Assembly: GCA_039809385.1 (NCBI GenBank)
Contig: JBDHUY010000010.1
Coordinates: 1-64,000 of the forward strand
Origin: Candidatus Altimarinota bacterium
GTDB taxonomy: Bacteria; Patescibacteriota; Gracilibacteria; JBDHUY01
Length of the DNA stretch: 64,000 nt
Direction of reading: 5' to 3'
Shown here piece after piece: positions 40,126 to 49,767 of this stretch; within the stretch, counting starts at the first letter, position 1; every line of letters starts with the position of its first letter. Below the pieces are notes generated by a model, which was not told where the DNA came from, did no database searches, and saw only the letters and a program-made list of their open reading frames with translations. The position numbers were made by a program, and so were the translations under genes.

Positions 40126-41544
40126 ATGCACCTGTGCGAAAAACTTCAACAAGGCTTGCTTGAGATCAAACAGATCAGCGAAAAACTGAATAGACTTCAA
40201 GATGAACTGGGAAGTATTCAAACGGTTCAAGAGTTGCAAGCAAAAGAGTCACAACTAAACGAGGCTATCTCTCAATGTGAATCGAAACAGAAGGAGTTGG
40301 AAGGGTTAAAGTACAACTTTCCAGCCGAAGTGTTACAAATGTTTGGAATTGAACTGCATGAAGAGAACCTGAATAAAGTTCAACAGGATGAAGATGGGTA
40401 CTGTGTCAGTATTGAATTTCCTCTTAAAAATATACAAAGTATTCCAGCAGAGATTCAGTACCTACGGAAGCTTACCAGTCTTAATCTAAATGACAACAAA
40501 CTAACAGTCCTCCCCCCTGAGATTGGGAAATTGTTGGAGCTGAGGGAACTGAATCTAAGGTACAACAAACTAACAGTCCTTCCCCCTGAGATTGGGAAAT
40601 TGTTGGAACTGAGGGAACTGAATCTCTTTAGCAACCAACTAACAATTCTCCCCCCTGAGATTGGGCAATGGGAGAAGCTGGAGAAACTTAATCTCTCTAG
40701 CAACCAACTAACAATTCTCCCCCCTGAGATTGGGAAATTGTTGGAACTGAGGGAACTGAATCTCTTTAGCAACCAACTAACAACCCTCCCCGTTGAGATT
40801 GGGAAATGGGAGAATTTGGAGGAACTTGTTCTCTCTGGTAACCAACTAACAGATCTCCCCACTCAGATTGAGAAATGGTTGAAACTGAAAAAACTTCATC
40901 TTGCTCGCAACCGGATACACCTCCCCCTTGAGATTAGGAAGTTGTTGGAACTGAGGGAACTTAATCTTGCTAACAACCAACTAACAACCCTCCCCCCTGA
41001 GATTGGGCAATGGGGGAAGCTGGAGATAATCAATCTCGCTTACAACAGACTAACAGATCTCCCTGCTGAGATTGGGAAATTGTTGGAACTGAGGGAACTT
41101 AATCTCGCTAGCAATCAACTAAAAACCCTTCCCCTTGAGGTTGGGGAATTGGAGAATTTGGAGAAACTTAATCTTTCTAACAACCAACTAACAGTCCTCC
41201 CCTCTGAGATTGGGAAATTGTTGAAACTGAGGGAACTTAATCTCTCTAGCAACAAACTAACAATTCTCCCCCCTGAGATTGGGGAATTGTTGGAGCTGAG
41301 GGAACTGAATCTCTCTAGCAACCAATTAACAGATCTCCCCATTCAGATTGGAGAATTGGAGAATTTGGAGAAACTTAATCTTTCTAACAACCAACTAACA
41401 GATCTCCCCACTCAGATTTGGGACTTGCCGAAACTGCAACCTTTTAGTTTCAGTAACAATCGCTTTTCTGAAGATGAATGGATTAAAAATAAAGCAGCCC
41501 TATCGGCGGCGTTTGCCCGACGTTCTGCGGGCAGATATCCATAG
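40126..41544 (+). CDS. LRR protein 1 (MHLC coiled-coil leader + ~15 LRRs)
   Basis: 23-aa repeats LPPEIGKLLELRELNLxxNQLT; leader shared with the paralogs. Confidence 0.92.
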   Translation: MHLCEKLQQGLLEIKQISEKLNRLQDELGSIQTVQELQAKESQLNEAISQCESKQKELEGLKYNFPAEVLQMFGIELHEENLNKVQQDEDGYCVSIEFPLKNIQSIPAEIQYLRKLTSLNLNDNKLTVLPPEIGKLLELRELNLRYNKLTVLPPEIGKLLELRELNLFSNQLTILPPEIGQWEKLEKLNLSSNQLTILPPEIGKLLELRELNLFSNQLTTLPVEIGKWENLEELVLSGNQLTDLPTQIEKWLKLKKLHLARNRIHLPLEIRKLLELRELNLANNQLTTLPPEIGQWGKLEIINLAYNRLTDLPAEIGKLLELRELNLASNQLKTLPLEVGELENLEKLNLSNNQLTVLPSEIGKLLKLRELNLSSNKLTILPPEIGELLELRELNLSSNQLTDLPIQIGELENLEKLNLSNNQLTDLPTQIWDLPKLQPFSFSNNRFSEDEWIKNKAALSAAFARRSAGRYP

Positions 41545-41546
41545 AT

Positions 41547-41681
41547 TTAAAACAACACTCCCCTGAGATTAGGAATCTTAAGGAACTGATTCGACTTTAT
41601 CTTGAGGAGAATGATTTTATTGCGGTGAAAAAAAAGCAAAATAGAAAACTATTTAGTCCGACGTTCAAGATATCTTTTTGA
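41547..41681 (+). pseudogene. Orphan last LRR plus C-terminal cap of an LRR gene
   Basis: Translates SPEIRNLKELIRLYLEENDFIAVKKKQNRKLFSPTFKISF*, matching the caps of LRR2 and LRR4; no start codon. Confidence 0.7.
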
Positions 41682-41689
41682 CTACCCTC

Positions 41690-42544
41690 ATGCACCTGTG
41701 CCAAGAACTACAACAAGGCTTGCTTGAGATCAAACAGATCAGCGAAAAACTGAATAAACTTCGAAATGAACTGAGAAATATTCAGATGGTTCAAGAGTTG
41801 AAAGAAAAAGAGTCGCAACTGGACCAATCGATCTCTCAATGTGAATCGAAACAAAAGGAGTTGGAAGAGGAAAAATACAACTTTCCAGCCGAAGTATTAC
41901 GCATGTTTGGACTTGAGGTAAATGAAGAGAATCTGAAGAAGGTTCAACTGGATGAAGGAGGGTACTGTGTCGGTCTTGACCTATCTGGACAAAAAATACA
42001 AACGATTCCGGCAGAGATTCAGTACTTACGGAGACTGACTTCTCTTGATCTTTCTTACAATCAACTGACAGAGCTGCCCCCCGAGATTGGGAATTTGTCG
42101 AAACTGGAGAATCTTAATCTCTATCATAACCAACTGAACCTTCTCCCATCAGAGATTGGGTACCTCAGGGAATTGACCTTACTTAGTCTCGGAATTAACC
42201 AACTGAAAGTTCTGCCACCTGAGATTGGGAACTTACCGAATCTGGAAGGGCTTGATCTTAATGATAATCAACTAAAGGCTCTGCCACCTGAGATTGGGAA
42301 CTTACTGAATCTGAAAGAGCTTTTTCTTGATAACAACCAACTGAAAGTTCTGCCACCTGAGATTGGGAACTTACCGAATCTGGAAAAACTTTTACTTAAT
42401 GGCAATCAACTGAAGGATCTACCATCAGAGATTGGGAAACTCGAGAAACTATTTGAACTGAATCTCTATGGGAATTCTCTAATTGAAGTAGAGAAAGAGA
42501 AAATTAAAAAACTATTTGACACTCCCGTCAATATATACGTTTGA
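41690..42544 (+). CDS. LRR protein 2 (MHLC leader + ~7 LRRs)
   Basis: MHLCQELQQGLLEIKQISEKLN; LPPEIGNLxNL repeats. Confidence 0.92.
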   Translation: MHLCQELQQGLLEIKQISEKLNKLRNELRNIQMVQELKEKESQLDQSISQCESKQKELEEEKYNFPAEVLRMFGLEVNEENLKKVQLDEGGYCVGLDLSGQKIQTIPAEIQYLRRLTSLDLSYNQLTELPPEIGNLSKLENLNLYHNQLNLLPSEIGYLRELTLLSLGINQLKVLPPEIGNLPNLEGLDLNDNQLKALPPEIGNLLNLKELFLDNNQLKVLPPEIGNLPNLEKLLLNGNQLKDLPSEIGKLEKLFELNLYGNSLIEVEKEKIKKLFDTPVNIYV

Positions 42545-42554
42545 TTATCCCCCC

Positions 42555-43649
42555 ATGCACCTGTGCGAACAATTACAACAAGAGTTTGTTCAAATCAAAC
42601 AACTGGCCTTGTGGCTGGACGATTTGAGGAAGCAGATTGAATTGGCCCAAAGCATCAAAGATCTTGATCCCATCTATCCAAGGCTTCCGGAAAAACTGGC
42701 CGTGTTCGAGAAACAAAAAATTGAAATGGAGCAGAAAAGCTGGAATTTTCCCCGGAATATATTAAAAATGTTTGGACTCGAAGTTACAGAAGAAAACCTG
42801 AAAAAAATCACACTCGATGAACATGGCTATTGTGTGGAAATCAATTTTTCTTCCCAAGGCCTAAAAAGCATCCCCGCAGAGATCGTACACCTTACAAAAC
42901 TAAAGAAACTTAGCCTTTCAGAAAACCCGCTCCAGACGCTCCCTCCTGAAATTGGACAACTTACCGGATTGACTGAACTCTATCTCAATTATAACGCAAT
43001 AACAACTCTCCCGTCGCTCCCCAATTTAACCATACTCCAGCTTGCTTTTAACAAACTCAGAGCTTTTCCAGGTGAGATTGAGGATTTTTCCAGCTTGAGG
43101 GAACTTACCCTGGGTTTTAACCAGTTCCAAACTTTTCCGCCTGCAATCGGAAAGCTTACCGGACTAACGAAGCTCGACTTCGATAATAACGAACTCACCA
43201 CTCTCCCGCCCGAAATCGGCAATCTCTTCCAATTAGAAGAGCTCTCCCTTACCAAAAATAAACTTAGCACTCTCCCGCCCGAAATCGGAAAGCTTGCCGG
43301 ACTAAGGGAGCTCTACTTCATTGATAACGAACTCACCACTCTCCCGCCCGAAATCGGCAATCTCTTTCAATTAGAAGAGTTCTACATTAGCAACAATAAA
43401 CTCAAAGATCTGCCAATCGAGATGGAGAAACTTTTGAACCTACAGAAATTTCATTTCATGAATAACCAGATTAAGACTATCCCGGAACAGATCAGAAAAC
43501 TCCCCAATCTGACTGAATTCTATCCCTATGGAAATCCACTTGAGAAAAACGTAGACATAAGCTGGTCCGATAAATTGTATAATCTCTTCCCGGACAAAGT
43601 AAAGCGACACATTAAAAACATACTTCAAAAAGTTAAGAATCGTCCTTAA
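42555..43649 (+). CDS. LRR protein 3 (divergent MHLC leader + ~10 LRRs)
   Basis: MHLCEQLQQEFVQIKQ..WNFPRNILKMFGLE; LPPEIG repeats. Confidence 0.92.
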   Translation: MHLCEQLQQEFVQIKQLALWLDDLRKQIELAQSIKDLDPIYPRLPEKLAVFEKQKIEMEQKSWNFPRNILKMFGLEVTEENLKKITLDEHGYCVEINFSSQGLKSIPAEIVHLTKLKKLSLSENPLQTLPPEIGQLTGLTELYLNYNAITTLPSLPNLTILQLAFNKLRAFPGEIEDFSSLRELTLGFNQFQTFPPAIGKLTGLTKLDFDNNELTTLPPEIGNLFQLEELSLTKNKLSTLPPEIGKLAGLRELYFIDNELTTLPPEIGNLFQLEEFYISNNKLKDLPIEMEKLLNLQKFHFMNNQIKTIPEQIRKLPNLTEFYPYGNPLEKNVDISWSDKLYNLFPDKVKRHIKNILQKVKNRP

Positions 43650-43660
43650 CCAGATATCCC

Positions 43661-44788
43661 ATGCACCTGTGCGAAGAACTGCAACAAGGCTTGCTTGAGA
43701 TCAAACAGATCAGCGAAAAACTGAATAAACTTCGAAGTGAGTTGGGAAATATTCAGACGGTTCAAGAGTTGCAAGAAAAAGAGTCGCAACTGGACGAGTT
43801 GATCTCTGAGTGTGAATCGCGACAAAAGGAGTTGGAAGGGTTAAAATACAACTTTCCAGCCGAAGTGTTGAACATATTTGGATTGGGGAGGGATAGTGTG
43901 TTGGGAGTTAATCAGGATGAAGATGGGTATTGTGTCGATCTTCATTTTAATCATAGGAATATACAAAGTATTCCAACAGAGATTCAGTATCTGCAAAAAC
44001 TCACTAGGCTTAATCTCGAGTACAACCAACTGACAACCCTTCCCTCTGAGATTGGGAACTTGCTGAATCTGAAAGAACTTTGTCTCGGATATAACCAACT
44101 AACAATTCTCCCCCCCGAGATTGGGGACTTGAAAAATCTGGAAACTCTTAATCTCATTCAAAACAGACTAACACTTCTCTCCCCTGAGATTGGGAACTTG
44201 AAGAATCTGAAAGAACTCCGTCTCGATGACATCGGACTAACAATTCTCCCCCCCGAGATTGGGGACTTGAGAAATCTGGAAACTCTTAATCTCTATAAGA
44301 ACAAACTAACAATCCTCCCCCCTGAGATTGTAAACTTGACGAATCTGGGAAGGTTGAATCTCTCTAGCAACCAACTAACAACCCTTCTCCCTGAGATTGG
44401 GGACTTGACGAATCTGAAAGAACTTTGTCTCAAATACAACCAACTAATAACCCTCCCCCTTGAGATTGGGAAATTGTCTAATCTGGTAAAACTTGATCTC
44501 TCTTGCAACAGACTGACAGCTTTCCCCTCTGAGATTGGGGACTTGACGAATCTGAAAGAACTTTGTCTCAAATACAACCAACTAATAACCCTCCCCCTTG
44601 AGATTGGGAAATTGTCTAATCTGGTAAAACTTGATCTCTCTTACAACAAACTGACAGCTTTTCCCTCTGAGATTGGGAACTTGCTGAATCTGAAAAAGCT
44701 TCTTCTTAAAGATAATAATTTTTTTTCTGAACAAGAGAAGGATAAAATTAAAAGACTATTTGATTCGAAGGTCCTAATATATTTTTGA
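43661..44788 (+). CDS. LRR protein 4 (MHLC leader + ~11 LRRs)
   Basis: MHLCEELQQGLLEIKQ; internal 138-bp duplication starting at 44391 and 44529. Confidence 0.92.
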   Translation: MHLCEELQQGLLEIKQISEKLNKLRSELGNIQTVQELQEKESQLDELISECESRQKELEGLKYNFPAEVLNIFGLGRDSVLGVNQDEDGYCVDLHFNHRNIQSIPTEIQYLQKLTRLNLEYNQLTTLPSEIGNLLNLKELCLGYNQLTILPPEIGDLKNLETLNLIQNRLTLLSPEIGNLKNLKELRLDDIGLTILPPEIGDLRNLETLNLYKNKLTILPPEIVNLTNLGRLNLSSNQLTTLLPEIGDLTNLKELCLKYNQLITLPLEIGKLSNLVKLDLSCNRLTAFPSEIGDLTNLKELCLKYNQLITLPLEIGKLSNLVKLDLSYNKLTAFPSEIGNLLNLKKLLLKDNNFFSEQEKDKIKRLFDSKVLIYF

Positions 44789-44796
44789 CTACCCCC

Positions 44797-44906
44797 ATGC
44801 ATCTGTGCGAAAAACTCCAACAATGACTGCTTGAACTCAAAGCGCTCATGCAGGATTTGAATAATCTTCGAAACAGATTACGAAATATTCAAACAGGTAA
44901 AGAGAC
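44797..44906 (+). pseudogene. Truncated fifth LRR-family leader with a nonsense codon
   Basis: MHLCEKLQQ*LLELKALMQDLNNLRNRLRNIQTGKE; TGA at 44824; similarity ends after about 36 codons. Confidence 0.8.
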
Positions 44907-45005
44907 TCGAAATACAACTGGTACGCGCTATGCCACATCCCCTTGTCCTTTCTCTGTAAAGTTGTATAGTCAAGGGAGATTATCTGATTTTTCGCGAAAA
45001 CCAGT

Positions 45006-45773
45006 ATGGCCAATCACGCCGAAACGGTTTCCTGCGCGCTCTGTCATAAAAAGCGGCTTTCCACGCATGGTTTGCATGCGGAAATGATCCATGCCCCGGT
45101 TCTGGAATTAATGCAGAAAAAATATCCGGATATCCAAATGACTGATTTTATTTGTCAGTCCTGTGTCAACAAGTATCGTTCGGGGTATGTGCAGGAAGTT
45201 CTGGAAGAAGAACGGGGCGAACTTTCCACACTGGAACAGCAGGTGATCGACAGCCTCAAAGAACAGGATGTGCTGACAAAAAATATCAACGATGAATTCG
45301 ATCAGCAACGTACCTGGGGGGAAAAAGTCGCTGACGGCATTGCCAACTTTGCCGGCAGCTGGGCTTTTATCATTATCTTTATTGCGATATTGATCGCCTG
45401 GATCATACTCAATGGAACGGAGTATCTTTTTCGGGCTTTTGATCCGTTTCCGTTTATTTTGCTGAATCTGTTGTTGTCCTGTATCGCCGCGCTTCAAGCT
45501 CCTGTTATCCTGATGAGCCAAAACCGCCAGGCCAAACGCGACCGTCTGCAAGCTGACAACGACTACGGGGTAAATCTGAAAGCCGAACTGGAAGTGCGGC
45601 ATTTGAACTGGAAAATGGATAAATTGCTTTCCCATCAATGGCAACGTCTTCTGGATATTCAAAGGATTCAGACCGAATTGATGGAAGAGGTCTTGAAAAA
45701 AACAAAAAGCGGGAATGTTAAGATCTCCAGAAAGCCTAAAAGTGTGACATTGCAAGCAAATAAGCTTTCATAA
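45006..45773 (+). CDS. DUF1003-domain membrane protein
   Basis: ADGIANFAGSWAFI, FDPFPFILLNLLLSCIAALQAPVILMSQNRQ and NLKAELEV. Confidence 0.92.
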   Translation: MANHAETVSCALCHKKRLSTHGLHAEMIHAPVLELMQKKYPDIQMTDFICQSCVNKYRSGYVQEVLEEERGELSTLEQQVIDSLKEQDVLTKNINDEFDQQRTWGEKVADGIANFAGSWAFIIIFIAILIAWIILNGTEYLFRAFDPFPFILLNLLLSCIAALQAPVILMSQNRQAKRDRLQADNDYGVNLKAELEVRHLNWKMDKLLSHQWQRLLDIQRIQTELMEEVLKKTKSGNVKISRKPKSVTLQANKLS

Positions 45774-46003
45774 ATGGCTTCCTTGAATAGATACGGGCAT
45801 GCATATTCGTCTTCAACGAAAGCGCGCAGTATGAAGGTCGAGATTTGTCATCTGATAGCGGGGCCAGTATTCCCATGCCCAAATAGCGGATTTTTCATAT
45901 ATCGCGATTTTCCCCTAGTATCAAAAATCACAGAGTTTCTTCTTGAGTATCCTGCGGATTTGGTTAGTATACAAGTGGTATACTTTTCTTTACATTTGTC
46001 GGT

Positions 46004-46744
46004 ATGAATTCCCCGTCGCAGGAAAAAGAGGTTATTTTAATTCTAGCCGACATCAGCGGCTATACCAATTATATGGTTTCCAATGCCAAAGCTCGTGTTC
46101 ATGCCCAAGTGGTGATCTCGGAGTTAATGGAATCTATTATTCGTCATATCGAAATTCCGCTTGAAATATCCAAGCTGGAGGGCGATGCCGTATTTTTGTA
46201 CGCCTGCAAAAACGAACATTCTTCCGACTGGGGGAAAACCAAGATGCTGATTGGGCAAAAACTGCTTACCTTTTTTGAAGCGTTTTCCTCGAAATTGGAA
46301 AATTTGATGCAGAGCAATATCTGCAGCGATTGCATGGCTTGTAAGAATATGCATCTGTTGCGATTGAAAGTTCTGGTACATAGCGGGACCGCCTTATTTT
46401 ATCGTCTGGGAAAGTTTGAAGAACTCTCCGGAGTGGACGTTATTTTGGCTCATCGTCTACTCAAAAATACGGTCGAGGGCCACGAATATATTCTCATGAC
46501 CGAGGCCGCCAAACGCGATATCCATTTTGAAAAAGATATCGCGTTGGAACCGCATACCGAAGACTACGATCATATCGGAAAAGTACATGCGTTCGTCTAC
46601 TATCCGCACGGAAAAAAACAGGCAGCTCCTACGATTCCCCCGGCGACGTATTGGCAAAAAATCGAAGACCTTTTTCGCAAAGTCGGAAAACCTTTTTTGA
46701 TCAAGCGCGGCCTGTTGAAGATGAAAGAGTTCAAAAATATGTAA
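46004..46744 (+). CDS. DUF2652 / nucleotide-cyclase-like protein
   Basis: LADISGYT, KLEGDAV, LKVLVHSG and GVDVILAHRLLKN. Confidence 0.85.
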   Translation: MNSPSQEKEVILILADISGYTNYMVSNAKARVHAQVVISELMESIIRHIEIPLEISKLEGDAVFLYACKNEHSSDWGKTKMLIGQKLLTFFEAFSSKLENLMQSNICSDCMACKNMHLLRLKVLVHSGTALFYRLGKFEELSGVDVILAHRLLKNTVEGHEYILMTEAAKRDIHFEKDIALEPHTEDYDHIGKVHAFVYYPHGKKQAAPTIPPATYWQKIEDLFRKVGKPFLIKRGLLKMKEFKNM

Positions 46745-46751
46745 AAACTAT

Positions 46752-46783
46752 AAAAAAGCCGGTCAACAAAGACCGGCTTTTTT
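46752..46783. terminator. Bidirectional intrinsic terminator
   Basis: AAAAAAGCCGGTC-AACAAA-GACCGGCTTTTTT between convergent genes. Confidence 0.88.
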
Positions 46784-46810
46784 ACTAATCTTTCTCAGTT
46801 TTGTCTGCGC

Positions 46811-49471
46811 TTATTCGGACAGCGTCGCCGACTTTTTTTCACTCAGATCGGCAATCGAAAGAGCTTTGATCACGGAGAGCGAGATAGTATACAGATTGTC
46901 GCCGATATACAGAATCCGTTGAATGCTCTTGTTATAATCCGGATACCAATATTCTCCTCCTGCTTTGATGTCCTCGGCGGTGAAATTGGTCGTTTTGCCC
47001 TTCAGCGTAAAACCCTTAGCCAGATCAATCGTATATACATAGGCTCCCTGGAAGACGGCTTTTTCGGTTCCATATTGGGCTACACAGCTGTTTGCTCCGT
47101 CGCAGTCGGTTGTACAAACCTGAATTCCGTTGCTGGTCGTACAATTGGTCGGAACGCAAATCTTCTGACAGGAGGCGGGGCAGGTCGAATATTTGAAATC
47201 CGAACAAACGTTGCCCGTCGTAGAATCGTAGACCGTTACCGGAAACGACAGGAGATTTTTCTCCTTGTCGAACAAGAGAGCTTTGTGGTTGTACAGGACG
47301 TCGCTGGTAGTTCCCCCCCGTCCGATCCGTTCGGTAAACATCTCTTTCGGATTTTTGATGTTCGTAACGTCGAACAAGCTCATTTTCAGTCCCGTAAAAG
47401 CTCCGTTGGCCGGATCGACCTCGTTGCCGAATCCGATAATATGATTCTCGTCGTACGGATGGAGATAGCTGCTGTATCCTTCTATTTTCAGGCTGCCTCC
47501 CACCACAGGTTTGGTCGGATCGCTCAGATCGAGCGCAAACAACGGATCGACCTGGCGGAAAGTAACTACATACCCCCGATCACCCATAAAGCGAGTCGAA
47601 TAGATCGTTTCTCCGGGAGCCAGATCTTCGATCTTGCCGCTAATGTTCATATCTTTATCGAGAATATAGACATGATTCAGCGTTTTGGTCACAGGGTAGT
47701 AAGAGGTACTGGTCGTAGCGATTCTAAAATTTCCAGCGTGTTCGTCCATACTGAATTGATCGAGCACTCTTCCCATGACGTTTCCCCTGGCGATAAATTG
47801 CACATTCCCGTTGCTCAGTCCGAATTTATAGACAGCGGTCTTTTCCGGGGCCGGATAGTATAAGTAGGGTACCCGTTCGGTGTCAGCCGGCTGAAACCCT
47901 CCCGTCCAGTCGACATCCGTGACAAACATATTCCGGTCGGAAACAAACAGGTTATCGCTGTTGCCTACCAGTACCTGACGCGAAACTTCTTTATTTGTAT
48001 CGTTTAAAGGGATGCCGGCCACGATCAGAAAGTTGGATCGGTCGCCTTTCGGGAATACCAGCACATCGCCGCACTGGGCAATATCTTTTTCCTGAGCATC
48101 TTTGGAATCCTTCATGCGTGGCATCAGTTCTTCCGGATCAAATGTCGGTACCGGATAAGGATAGGGATAGGGCGCCGTGATGCCTGGGGCGGCTTTTTCA
48201 TAATAATACGGACCCGGATAGGGATATGGATAGGGACGGTTAACATACTGACTCATCGTGAGATACAGATTGTTATCGATGCGTCGGCTGTTCATCGCAT
48301 AGGCTTCAAAGTCGATCGTGCGGCTGATCGTCGGTGCTTTCGGATCCGATACGTCGATCATATAGACGCGGGTTTTGCTATTACGGTCGTATAGCGTATA
48401 GGCAGGATATCCGGCAGCAACCTTTTCGTCGGTATAAACCGGCGATATATACGCATTTCCGATCAAAATGAGTTGTTTGGCGTTCAGGTACATTTCTGTC
48501 GGATAAAATGTTTCGTTTTCGTTTCCCAGTTTCATACGTACCAGCTCTTTTAATCCTTCGACAGGTACCGCCTGTATGACGCGTACGGTATCGTTTTTCA
48601 GCATGTAGATCTTGTCTCCATCGGTTTTTACCATATCGGCTTCATCGACCCCGGGCACTTGGATATTGGTCGTCGAATATCCGCCGCCGCCACCTCCTCC
48701 TGATTCGGCTGCCACGGGTGTAGCTACTCCATTGCTTGAACCGTCTTTTGCCCCTTGTCTGTTGAAGTAATTGATCTTGTCGTTCGGATAAAAAAGTCTG
48801 TCTTGCAATTCCTGGCAACTGCTGGGTTTTACGAATCCTTTCCCGTCGATTTCGTCATAAGTTCGGCTGGCTTCGTTAGTGACGTTGGCTTTTAAGCGGT
48901 AGGTCATCATGGCCATATCCGAACGGGTGAGTTTCTGGTCGAAATACTCGACCGAGAGAGGAAGCGCTTTTTTCTGTGCCAATGCTGTAAAATAGCCTTT
49001 ATACCAAATGGAGGGGTCCGTCTGTGTGCCAATCTTATAGGCATTTACCAAAATCTTGCTGGCTTCGGAGGCGGTGATCGTCTCGTTTAAGCGGAATGTT
49101 CCGTCGCTGTATCCGCTGACCCAGCCGGCTTTTTTTGCCGCACAGATATATTGGGCTGCCCAGTGTTTTTCGTCCACATCGCTGAATCCGCATTTGGTCT
49201 CTTTTAAAGGTAATCCTTGCGCTGCGGCGATGATCTTGACGAACTCGGAGCGCGCGATCGGGTTTTGCGGATAAAAGTACCCGCCGGCGTAGCCTTGCAC
49301 CACATTATTCTCTTTGAGGTACTTAATGGCCGCATAGTCGTAGACAGTCGGATCGGTTACATCCACAAACGGTCCGCTCGTCGTTGCCGGGCTTGTACTC
49401 TGCTGTGCTTGCGTTACGGGCACGAGTTGAAACAGGATTGCCAGCATCAGGGCGATGGCGCCTTTTTTCAT
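46811..49471 (-). CDS. Secreted SLH + beta-propeller domain protein
   Basis: Signal peptide; SLH (GYSDGTFR); YSTTNIQVPGVDEADMVKTDG, DQFSMDE, YVVTFRQVDPLF and LKIEGYSSYLHP. Confidence 0.9.
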   Translation of the reverse strand: MKKGAIALMLAILFQLVPVTQAQQSTSPATTSGPFVDVTDPTVYDYAAIKYLKENNVVQGYAGGYFYPQNPIARSEFVKIIAAAQGLPLKETKCGFSDVDEKHWAAQYICAAKKAGWVSGYSDGTFRLNETITASEASKILVNAYKIGTQTDPSIWYKGYFTALAQKKALPLSVEYFDQKLTRSDMAMMTYRLKANVTNEASRTYDEIDGKGFVKPSSCQELQDRLFYPNDKINYFNRQGAKDGSSNGVATPVAAESGGGGGGGYSTTNIQVPGVDEADMVKTDGDKIYMLKNDTVRVIQAVPVEGLKELVRMKLGNENETFYPTEMYLNAKQLILIGNAYISPVYTDEKVAAGYPAYTLYDRNSKTRVYMIDVSDPKAPTISRTIDFEAYAMNSRRIDNNLYLTMSQYVNRPYPYPYPGPYYYEKAAPGITAPYPYPYPVPTFDPEELMPRMKDSKDAQEKDIAQCGDVLVFPKGDRSNFLIVAGIPLNDTNKEVSRQVLVGNSDNLFVSDRNMFVTDVDWTGGFQPADTERVPYLYYPAPEKTAVYKFGLSNGNVQFIARGNVMGRVLDQFSMDEHAGNFRIATTSTSYYPVTKTLNHVYILDKDMNISGKIEDLAPGETIYSTRFMGDRGYVVTFRQVDPLFALDLSDPTKPVVGGSLKIEGYSSYLHPYDENHIIGFGNEVDPANGAFTGLKMSLFDVTNIKNPKEMFTERIGRGGTTSDVLYNHKALLFDKEKNLLSFPVTVYDSTTGNVCSDFKYSTCPASCQKICVPTNCTTSNGIQVCTTDCDGANSCVAQYGTEKAVFQGAYVYTIDLAKGFTLKGKTTNFTAEDIKAGGEYWYPDYNKSIQRILYIGDNLYTISLSVIKALSIADLSEKKSATLSE

Positions 49472-49767
49472 AGAAAAAATAAAAGTAAGGAAATAAAGTA
49501 TGCCTTTTCACCTAGTATAACGTTGCCTGATAAAAAGGGTTACAAAAAAAGCCTAAATGACAAAGTTCAAATTTCAAATTTCAAATCCCAAAAGAATATC
49601 AAAACCCAAATATCAAAACATAGTATTGTTGAAAAGCTAAATTGTAGATTAATTTCAGATTTGGCATTGGAGTTTTGAACTTTCCAGGTTCCACTTTGTC
49701 ATTTCAGGTTGTCTTTTACGACGCTTTTTCGCATACTAATACTCGTACTTTGACCGATACCTGTCTT

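Noticed and set aside
44824-44826. TGA at a position where most paralogs have Gly, suggesting genetic code 25
   Set aside because: Long conserved genes have no in-frame TGA, and several end in TGA at family-appropriate positions (42544, 44788, 57684). This copy is also truncated, so a nonsense mutation is simpler.
40126-44906. Diversity-generating retroelement acting on the LRR genes
   Set aside because: There is no reverse transcriptase in the window and no template/variable pair with adenine-specific differences was seen
28400-45000. Prophage or integrative element
   Set aside because: No integrase, transposase, phage structural gene or flanking att repeat was identified
46919-47863. Long shadow ORFs (this one, 6902-7519, 45108-45755, 5816-6325 and similar)
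   Set aside because: They are antisense to well-supported genes and carry no recognisable motifs
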